A program made the translations under genes and the position numbers. From an uncultured bacterium (GTDB lineage: Bacteria; Planctomycetota; UBA1135; GCA-002686595), in NCBI GenBank assembly GCA_943787795.1, contig CALSNU010000006.1, positions 288,001-352,000 on the forward strand: a DNA stretch of 64,000 nucleotides, in the 5' to 3' direction. Every line of letters starts with the position of its first letter. Positions within the stretch are counted from its first letter, which is position 1. Below the pieces are notes generated by a model. That model saw nothing but the letters and a program-made list of their open reading frames with translations, did no database searches and was not told the origin of the DNA. This document shows, in pieces, positions 56,813 to 64,000 of this stretch.

Positions 56813-57120
56813 GTTCTTGACTCTGGACAGCGACTCTCGCCGCCGTGCTGGGTGGAACTCGGTTTCCGTTGAGGAGGAGGATTTGCCCCGTAGGCGGGGC
56901 GCGTTCGTGACTCACGACCCGCCGAGGTGGCGGATCATGCTGAATAAAAGGACCGGGAGGAGCACTCCTAAAGGGCGGGAGATGCCGGGATCAGCGGGGG
57001 CGGGGTGCCGATCGACCAGCACGGAGCGCTCCTCCAGAATCCAAGGGGAAGAGGACACCCGAGTGGAGAGCCCCTGTCCAGCATCCTGGCGTGCTTTTTT
57101 TTGTCGAAGCCCCCGCAGGC

Positions 57121-58713
57121 TCAGCGCTTCTTGCGGTTCTTCCGCTTCTGCTTGGTCTTCGCCTTGTCCTTCTTGCGGTCTCGGCCCTTGGTGGTTGCCC
57201 GCGTGGAGGAGCTCCCCATGGGCCGCGGACCGGCCATCGGATTCGCGGCGCCCATCATGTCCGACATATCGGGCATGCCGGCCCCGCCGCCGCCCCCCAG
57301 GAGGCCGCCCAGGCCCCCCAGAATGCCGCCACCCTTGCCCGCCGAGGGGTCGGCCATGGCTCCAGACGGGGACAGACTCGCCAGGCTCTCTCGCTTGGCC
57401 TTCCCCCCGAGCATGGACCCAAGGCCCATCTTGTTGAGCTGCTTCATCATGCGTCGCATGTCCTTGAAGCGCTTCAACAGCTCGTTCACGGCCCCGATGT
57501 CCTGGCCCGCGCCCCGCGCGACCCTGCGCCGCCGGCTCATGTCCAGCACCTCGGGCTCCAAGCGCTCCTTGCGGGTCATGGAGGTGAACAGCGCCTCAAG
57601 GCGGTTCAGCTGGCCGTCATCGATGTCGAGGTCCTTCGCGGCCTGCCCCATCCCGGGCATCATCCCGAGGACCTTCTTCATCGGGCCCATCTTCCTCACC
57701 ATCCGGAACATGCCGAGCATGTCCTCGAGGGTGAAGGAGCCCATGACCATCTTCTCGTAGCTGGCCTGAGCCTCATCCTCGTCGATGTTCTGCTGCGCGG
57801 TCTCCACGAGCCCGACCACGTCCCCCATTCCGAGGATCCGGCCAGCCATCCGCTCTGCGACGAACGGGTCGAGGTCGTCGACCTTCTCCCCTGCACCGAG
57901 GAAGAGGATCGGCGCCCCGGTGACCTCCTTGAGGCTCACCGCCGCGCCGCCGCGCGCGTCGCCGTCCATCTTGGTGAGGATGACGCCGGTCAACGAGAGA
58001 CGCTCGTGGAAGGCCTTGGCGGACTGGACCGCGTCCTGGCCCGTCATGGCATCGACCACGAGGACCTGGTTGTGCGGACGGGTGGTGGCCGCGATCTCGG
58101 CCACCTCATCCATGAGCATCTCGTCCACGTGGAGGCGGCCCGCGGTATCGAGGATCACCACGTCGCAGCCCTTGGCCGCGGCTTCAGCCACGCCGGCCTC
58201 ACACACCCGTGGCGGCGCGGCGCCCTCGAGATGGAAGACCGGGATGTCGAGCGATCGGCCGAGGACGCGCAGCTGTTCCACCGCCGCGGGCCGCTTCACA
58301 TCGGCGGCGACCATCATCGGGCGCTTGCCGTGCCGGTCCCGCAGGTGCTTGGCGAGCTTGGCGCAGGTGGTGGTCTTGCCGGCGCCCTGAAGGCCGGCCA
58401 TCAGGATCACCGTGGGCCCCGACTTGGCGACCTCCAGGGTCGCGTCCTCCGGACCCATCAGCTCGACGAGCTCGGCGTGGACCGCGTGGACGAACTGGTC
58501 CGAGGCCTCCACGCCCTTCAGGCGGCCCTCTCCGAGGGCCCGGGCCTTCACGCGATCCGTGAAGTCCCGCGCCAGCTTGAAGTGAACGTCAGCCTCGAGG
58601 AGCGCCTGCCGCACCGCGGCGAGGCCCTCGTCAATATTCCCCTCAGTCAGCTCCTTCTTGCTCTTGAAGAACGAAAAGGAACTCCCGAGGCGCTCAGTCA
58701 GGGTCTCGAACAT
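57121..58713 (-). CDS. ffh: Signal recognition particle protein
   Basis: ALLEADV, GLQGAGKTT, DTAGRL, TKMDGDARGGAA, RILGMGD, M domain SMTRKER. Confidence 0.98.
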   Translation of the reverse strand: MFETLTERLGSSFSFFKSKKELTEGNIDEGLAAVRQALLEADVHFKLARDFTDRVKARALGEGRLKGVEASDQFVHAVHAELVELMGPEDATLEVAKSGPTVILMAGLQGAGKTTTCAKLAKHLRDRHGKRPMMVAADVKRPAAVEQLRVLGRSLDIPVFHLEGAAPPRVCEAGVAEAAAKGCDVVILDTAGRLHVDEMLMDEVAEIAATTRPHNQVLVVDAMTGQDAVQSAKAFHERLSLTGVILTKMDGDARGGAAVSLKEVTGAPILFLGAGEKVDDLDPFVAERMAGRILGMGDVVGLVETAQQNIDEDEAQASYEKMVMGSFTLEDMLGMFRMVRKMGPMKKVLGMMPGMGQAAKDLDIDDGQLNRLEALFTSMTRKERLEPEVLDMSRRRRVARGAGQDIGAVNELLKRFKDMRRMMKQLNKMGLGSMLGGKAKRESLASLSPSGAMADPSAGKGGGILGGLGGLLGGGGGAGMPDMSDMMGAANPMAGPRPMGSSSTRATTKGRDRKKDKAKTKQKRKNRKKR

Positions 58714-58769
58714 GCCGGGGTTCTAGCACATGCCGGGCCCAGCGGGGCGCGCTGGGGCACCGGCAACCG

Positions 58770-60053
58770 TCATTCTGACACGCGGCGGATCGCGGCGCCG
58801 ATCGAGGCGAGCCGATCCTCAATGCGCTCATACCCGCGATCGATGTGGTAGACGCGGTGGACCTCCGTGGTCCCGCGGGCCACGAGACCGGCCATCACCA
58901 GCGCCGCAGAGGCTCGGAGGTCGGAGGCCATGACCGGGGCTCCGGAGAGCTCGGGGGTGCCGCGCACCACCACCGCTGTGTTCTGACGTCGCACGTTGGC
59001 ACCCAGGCGGCTGAGCTCGGGGACGTGCATGTACCGGTCCGGAAAGATCCGTTCCGTGATGATGCTCAGCCCGTCGGCCTTCGTCATCAGGGCCATCCAC
59101 TGGGCCTGGAGATCAGTGGGGAAACCCGGGTAGGCGTGGGTGGTGACGTCGGTGGAGCGCGGCGGGGTGTCGGCCACGTCGTAGGCCTGCACCTCGATCC
59201 AGTCCTCGCCGACCTCGAACGGCACGCGTGCCTCGTTCATGTGGTCGAGGAGCGCGCCGAGGTGTGTAGGCTGACAGTCGGCCACCCTCACCTGCGCCCC
59301 CGCGAGCGCCCCCGCCAGCACGTAGGTGCCGGCCTCGATCCTGTCTGGAATCACGTCGTGGGTGGCCCCGTGGAGTTCGTCCACCCCTTCGATGGTCAGC
59401 ATGGGCGACCCCTGTCCGGAGATCTTCGCCCCCATGGCGACCAGCGCGTCACAGAGGTCGATGACCTCCGGCTCGCAGGCCGCGCTCTCGATGACCGTGG
59501 TCCCCCTCGCCAGGGTGGCTGCCATGACCACGTTGGCCGTCCCCAGCACGCTCGGCCCGTTCGCAGACCCGAGGAAGACCCGGGCGCCGCGTAGGCCGCC
59601 GGGGGGCGCCTCCGCCACGACGAAGCCGTGCTCGATCCGGACCTTGGCTCCGAGGGCGCACAGCCCCTTGAGGTGGATGTCGATGGGCCGGACACCGAAG
59701 TTGCAGCCCCCGGGCAGGCTCACCTCGGCCCGCCCAAGGCGCGCCAGCAGCGGCCCCAGGACGCAGACCGAGGCCCGCATCTTGCGGACCGCCTCCCAGG
59801 TGGCGCGCCCTGTGATGTCCCCCTCCGCGCAGATGTGGACGGTGCCGTTCGCGTCCTGCTCGGCCTCCGCGCCCAGATCCCGGATGATCCCCAGCATGGT
59901 CGAAACGTCGGCCAGGCGCGGCGCGCGGGTCAGCGTCACGGGCTCCCGCGAGAGCAGGGAAGCGGCGAGGATGGGCAGCACGGCGTTCTTTGAGCCGGCG
60001 GTGCGAATCGTCCCCTCGAGCGTGTGGCCGCCCTCGATGATCAGTTTGTCCAT
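58770..60053 (-). CDS. murA: UDP-N-acetylglucosamine 1-carboxyvinyltransferase
   Basis: GSKNAVLP, KMRAS, LPGGCNFGVRPID (catalytic Cys), PDRIEAGT, PGFPTDLQAQ, DLRA, HIDRGYE. Confidence 0.98.
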   Translation of the reverse strand: MDKLIIEGGHTLEGTIRTAGSKNAVLPILAASLLSREPVTLTRAPRLADVSTMLGIIRDLGAEAEQDANGTVHICAEGDITGRATWEAVRKMRASVCVLGPLLARLGRAEVSLPGGCNFGVRPIDIHLKGLCALGAKVRIEHGFVVAEAPPGGLRGARVFLGSANGPSVLGTANVVMAATLARGTTVIESAACEPEVIDLCDALVAMGAKISGQGSPMLTIEGVDELHGATHDVIPDRIEAGTYVLAGALAGAQVRVADCQPTHLGALLDHMNEARVPFEVGEDWIEVQAYDVADTPPRSTDVTTHAYPGFPTDLQAQWMALMTKADGLSIITERIFPDRYMHVPELSRLGANVRRQNTAVVVRGTPELSGAPVMASDLRASAALVMAGLVARGTTEVHRVYHIDRGYERIEDRLASIGAAIRRVSE

Positions 60054-60413
60054 GGTCCCCCTGAAGTCGCCTGGGCCGGCAGGGCCGGTGGCGTGGTACC
60101 CGGTTGAGCCCGCCTGGCGGGCCCCCGGAGGCCGATCGGGGCCTCTCGGCCCCGCGGTTGCGGGCGTCTACGGAACGCCCTCGGCTTGTGGTGCGGTGGT
60201 GCCCGGACCCCCCTCGGACCCGGACGACCCAGAGCGTAGCTACATGGTGGGGCCGGATCCAAGGCCCCGTCGAGGGACTCCTCCCTCGGGGAATTCCTCC
60301 GGGTGGACCGCCGAGAGGCCGCCGGCCGGTCAACGGGCAAGCTTGAGGCGCAGACCCGCCAGAAGCGCAGACCAGAAGGGCGCCCAGAAGAGCCCTCAGA
60401 AGCCCCCTCGGTG

Positions 60414-60443
60414 TTGACGCCGCGCCCCCCCGGCACCTATCCT
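60414..60443 (+). promoter_or_regulatory. Putative sigma70 promoter for the TPR/alpha-CTD gene
   Basis: TTGACG-N18-TATCCT, about 130 bp upstream of ATG 60573. Confidence 0.5.
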
Positions 60444-60572
60444 CTTGCGCTTGCTCGCGGCGATTCAGAGTCCCTGGAACCACCAGGGGCCGTCACCGCA
60501 GCGCCGCCGGGTGCCGCCCCGGCCTCCCTCAAGACGACACCAACGCCTCGCCGCGAATCCGCCGGCGATGAC

Positions 60573-62219
60573 ATGGATCAAATGGATAACCAAGACGTGA
60601 GCCCCGAGCAGCCCGGCGCCAACGAGCATCAGCCCGCGGTGCAGCCCACCGCCGAGCAGCCCACCGCCGAGCAGCCGGCCGCCGAGCAGCCGATCGCCGT
60701 GCCCCATCACGACGGAGCCGAGTCCGTGGCGCACGATGCCGTCCAGCACGATGCCATGCATCAGGGCGACGGGCACCACGCCGGCGCAGCCGATCCCGAC
60801 GCTGCGCACGCGGGAACCGAGAGCCTGCCGGAGCCCATGGAGGCCTACCACTCCCCCGAGCCCGAAGAGGAAGAGGAGCTCGAGCCGGTCTCGGCCCACG
60901 CCCCCTTCGACCTTCTCGAGGACGAAATCCCGAGCTTTGGCGCGCTGCTCGCCGCTCGGCCTTCTGTCTTCGAGACGCCCAAGACCTTCGACAGCTTCAA
61001 CCGCAAGGTCGATGGGCTTGAGGCCACAGGTGAGACGGGCCGCCGCCGCGCGCTCGGCCTCTGGATGCTCGGTCGCTACGACGAGGCCGCCGAGGCCCTC
61101 GCAGCCTTCGAGGACGACGACGTGGCCTGCTACACGCGGGGCCGCTCGCTGGTGTCGGCTGGCCGCGCCGCCGAGGCCGTCGCCATCTTCAATGCGCTGA
61201 GCAGCAAGTACCCCGAGGAGTCGCGCCCGCTGGGCGACATGCTCGACGCGCAGCTCGACGCCAACCTCAGCTCAGGTGACGTCGAGTCGGCCATCGCCGC
61301 CACGGAACAAGCGGTTTCGGACCAGTCCGAGGCCTTCCGCTCCAGCGCCGAGGGCCTGCACCTGCTCGGACGCCTGGCTGAGCTCTCCGGGAACTACACC
61401 CAGGCCATCGAGCACTTCGTGGCCTCGCGCGGGGCAGATCCGACGCACCGCCGGAACCTCTTCCGCCTCGCCTACCTCTCGGAGCGCGTCGGGCAGGAGC
61501 AGCTCGCCCTCGATGCGTACGAGACCCTCGCCACCATGCTCCCCGTCGACCGAGCGGTCATGGTGAACCTCGGGGTCCTGTACGAGGACCTCGGTCAGGA
61601 CCAGGACGCCGCCGCGTGCTACGACACGATCGTCCGCACGGACCGCACCGACCGCTTCGCGCGCCTGTACCTGAAGGACGCCAAGGCGGGCATGTCGATG
61701 TTCTACGACGAGGATCTCGAGAAGAAGGAGGACCGCCTCAACCAGATCCTCCGCATCCCCATCACCGACTTTGAGCTGTCCGTCCGGGCCCGCAACTGCC
61801 TGAACAAGATGGACATCATGACCCTGGGCGACCTGGTCAAGAAGACGGAGTCCGAGCTCCTCAGCTACAAGAACTTCGGCGAGACCTCGCTCACCGAGAT
61901 CAAGGAGATCCTCGCCAGCAAGGGGCTGCGCCTCGGCATGGCTCGCGAAGAGGCCGTGGCAAGCATCGCCAAGGCCCGCACGGCCCAGGAGGGTCGCGAC
62001 CTCGACCCGAACGATCCGCGCAACAAGCCGATCTCCGACCTGAAGCTCTCGATCCGCGCGCGGCGCACCGTCGAGAACATCGGCTGCCTCACCCTCGGGG
62101 ATGTCACCGCGCACTCCGAAGAGGAGCTGCTCGGCATGCCCAACTTCGGGGTCACCTCGTTGCTCGAGTTGCGGAACCGCCTCGCGGAGTACAGCCTCAC
62201 CCTCAAGGGCGAGGACTGA
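60573..62219 (+). CDS. TPR protein with two tandem RNA polymerase alpha C-terminal domains
   Basis: Acidic disordered N-terminus, TPR helices, then PITDFELSVRARNCL...KNFGETSL and PISDLKLSIRARR...PNFGVTSL. Confidence 0.9.
   Translation: MDQMDNQDVSPEQPGANEHQPAVQPTAEQPTAEQPAAEQPIAVPHHDGAESVAHDAVQHDAMHQGDGHHAGAADPDAAHAGTESLPEPMEAYHSPEPEEEEELEPVSAHAPFDLLEDEIPSFGALLAARPSVFETPKTFDSFNRKVDGLEATGETGRRRALGLWMLGRYDEAAEALAAFEDDDVACYTRGRSLVSAGRAAEAVAIFNALSSKYPEESRPLGDMLDAQLDANLSSGDVESAIAATEQAVSDQSEAFRSSAEGLHLLGRLAELSGNYTQAIEHFVASRGADPTHRRNLFRLAYLSERVGQEQLALDAYETLATMLPVDRAVMVNLGVLYEDLGQDQDAAACYDTIVRTDRTDRFARLYLKDAKAGMSMFYDEDLEKKEDRLNQILRIPITDFELSVRARNCLNKMDIMTLGDLVKKTESELLSYKNFGETSLTEIKEILASKGLRLGMAREEAVASIAKARTAQEGRDLDPNDPRNKPISDLKLSIRARRTVENIGCLTLGDVTAHSEEELLGMPNFGVTSLLELRNRLAEYSLTLKGED
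60642..60686. repeat. 3 x 15-bp in-frame repeat (QPTAE)
   Basis: cagcccaccgccgag x2 plus cagccggccgccgag. Confidence 0.85.
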
Positions 62220-62237
62220 GCTGAGGCTGATCGACGC

Positions 62238-62840
62238 GTGTACGAGTTCATCTCAGGCACCGTCTCGGACCGAACGCCGGCGAGCGTCGTGATCGACGCC
62301 GCCGGCGTTGGCTTTGAGTTGCTGGCCCCCATCGGCGCCGCGTTCCCCGAGGTCGGCGAGCAGGCAACGGCCTTCGTGCACCTCGTGGTCCGTGAGGACG
62401 CGCAGACCCTCTATGGGTTCGCTCGCCGTGAGGACCGGAACCTGTTCCGCGTGCTCCTGCGCGTGCGCGGCGTGGGTCCAAGCATGGCCCTCGGCATCCT
62501 CTCCGGGCTCGGACCGGCTGACCTGGTCGCGGCGGTGCAACGTGAGGATCTCGCGGCCTTCACCGCCATCAAGGGCGTCGGCAAGAAGACCGCAGAGCAG
62601 CTGATGCTCGACCTGCGGGACAAGACGCCGCTCCTCGCGAGCCTGGCCGGCGGTGCGGACGTGACTCCAGTCCAGGAGGCGCCAGCACCCGCCGAGGCCT
62701 CGGTCCATGCGGACGCCGTCTCGGCTCTGGTCTCGATCGGCTACTCGGACAAGGAAGCCGCCAAGGCCGTGGACAAGGCCCTCAAGCACCTGGAAGGCGC
62801 CGACCTCGAGGCCGTCGTGAAGGCAGCCATGCGCGGCTAG
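62238..62840 (+). CDS. ruvA: Holliday junction branch migration protein RuvA
   Basis: GVGFEL, VREDAQTLYGF, VRGVGP, GVGKKTAEQ, ALVSIGY. Confidence 0.96.
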   Translation: MYEFISGTVSDRTPASVVIDAAGVGFELLAPIGAAFPEVGEQATAFVHLVVREDAQTLYGFARREDRNLFRVLLRVRGVGPSMALGILSGLGPADLVAAVQREDLAAFTAIKGVGKKTAEQLMLDLRDKTPLLASLAGGADVTPVQEAPAPAEASVHADAVSALVSIGYSDKEAAKAVDKALKHLEGADLEAVVKAAMRG

Positions 62841-62841
62841 C

Positions 62842-62884
62842 GCCCGCCTACCGCGTCAGGCCCGCCTACCGCGTCAGGCCCGCC
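62842..62884. repeat. Tandem 18-bp duplication including the stop codon of the convergent gene
   Basis: gcccgcctaccgcgtcag at 62842 and 62860, then gcccgcc. Confidence 0.9.
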
Positions 62885-64000
62885 GACCTCGCCTCACGCA
62901 GGGCGAGGGCACGGAGGTCTTCTGGCGCGGCGAGGTGCAGGCGATCAATCCAGCGCGCCCCGGCCCCGGGGAGGTCCGCCCACCCACCCCGCAGCGACTC
63001 CGCCTGCATGCGCTCGATGAGCCGGCGAAGAAGACGGCGGTAGGCTGCTCCATGGGGCGCGCCGCCCCCTCCGAAGTTCTGGTCTGCCGCGTCGAGCAGG
63101 TCGACCCACATCAGCCTGGGGTCCTCGAGCACGGCCAGGGCCACGAGTTGAGCGCGCTCCTCGAGCGCTTCGGCAATCCTCCCGCCCGAGAAGCCCTGCC
63201 CCGCCGCGAACGCGATCAAGCGCAGCACCCGCGGTGCCGTCAGCGGGTACCAGGCCTTGCGGTCGCAGAGGTGGGCCTCCTCGTGGGCCACGACGCCCTC
63301 GGTGAAGAGGTCCAGCGGAGGCACCACGGGGTCCCCTGGACTCCTGTCGCACATGACGGCGAGGCGCATCCTGTCGGCAGCGCCGAGAGCGGGCTGCAAC
63401 GACATGACTGGAGCCGGCGACGCCGCTGGCACGGCGAGGGCTCGGGCCAGGGCCCCCCGATCCGGCTCGCCCCCCGGCGCGCTGAAGGCCCTCAGCAGCG
63501 AGGCACAGTAGGCGCGCTCCAACGCGATCACCTCGAGGTCGATGTAGAACCCTTCGTGCAAGGCCGCCCCAGCGATCGCCCCGCCGCGCCGCGTGATGCG
63601 CCCGGGTACGTCCGCCCCCTGGCACCAGATGGCGACGCCCTCGAACGGGCGGCCGAGGTGCGCCCCGGCCCGAGGCTGCGCGTGAAGGCGCCTCAACACC
63701 GTGGCGTCCGGCCCTCCTTGACCCGCCCCCCGGCCCACGAGCGCGAAGCGCCCCATGGCCTCGAAGGCGGCGGCGAGCCCGGGAACCGGAGCCCCAGGCG
63801 CTCCTCTCCCCAGGCGCCCGTCTTCCTCGCTGAAGGAGGGGCCGGGATGAACGATGCTGCCGGCCGGTCCGTAGCTGATCACGGGGGATTCGAACCCGCC
63901 ATCGGGGAGGTCCAGCCAACCGCAGCGCTCGAGGATGCGGGCGACCTCGTCGTGCAGCTCCACCGCGCTCGTGATCCTCCCTCCGCTCGCCCCAGCCGAA
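62866..64000 (-). CDS. Hypothetical protein with HExxH motif, probably 5'-truncated by the window edge
   Basis: VVAHEEAHLCD followed by EERAQL; the frame appears to run to the window end. Confidence 0.6.
   Translation of the reverse strand, partial: SAGASGGRITSAVELHDEVARILERCGWLDLPDGGFESPVISYGPAGSIVHPGPSFSEEDGRLGRGAPGAPVPGLAAAFEAMGRFALVGRGAGQGGPDATVLRRLHAQPRAGAHLGRPFEGVAIWCQGADVPGRITRRGGAIAGAALHEGFYIDLEVIALERAYCASLLRAFSAPGGEPDRGALARALAVPAASPAPVMSLQPALGAADRMRLAVMCDRSPGDPVVPPLDLFTEGVVAHEEAHLCDRKAWYPLTAPRVLRLIAFAAGQGFSGGRIAEALEERAQLVALAVLEDPRLMWVDLLDAADQNFGGGGAPHGAAYRRLLRRLIERMQAESLRGGWADLPGAGARWIDRLHLAAPEDLRALALREARSAGLTR

Noticed and set aside
56813..57120. SRP RNA (ffs) next to ffh
   Set aside because: No CAGG..GGAA..AGCAG domain IV core on either strand

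Overview
High-GC bacterial chromosomal segment, gene-dense and mostly housekeeping. Gene families point to Planctomycetota (inference): ECF sigma/Ser-Thr kinase pairs, a TPR plus tandem RNAP alpha-CTD protein, and a secreted protein with a '...FQFWHRD...SNFS' C-terminal domain. About 47 CDS are supported, including mtnA, glyA, an M18 aminopeptidase, a SUI1/YciH factor, pqiAB-like genes, a cutC-nagB-ROK-SSS operon, citrate synthase, pepA, ETF-QO, a moaD-moaE fusion, ssb, prmC, prfA, rpmE, maf, rpsP, ffh, murA and ruvA. I saw no rRNA, tRNA, CRISPR array or mobile element. Best candidate for an undescribed system: a membrane-anchored PspA/Vipp1 (ESCRT-III)-like coiled-coil gene, divergent from an ECF sigma factor (Thr in place of the DAED motif) and a multi-TM non-RD Ser/Thr kinase (26775-31026). 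Other leads: a catalytically dead HhH-GPD domain fused to a histone H1-like tail, a large protein with a pore-less voltage-sensor domain, a translationally coupled DUF455 diiron/ATP-grasp pair, a UGA in frame with prmC that could allow readthrough, an MCE protein with a pseudo-trypsin domain, and an intergenic sRNA/micro-ORF candidate. Three single-base frameshifts suggest residual assembly indel errors. All family calls come from motif recognition by eye; no searches were run.
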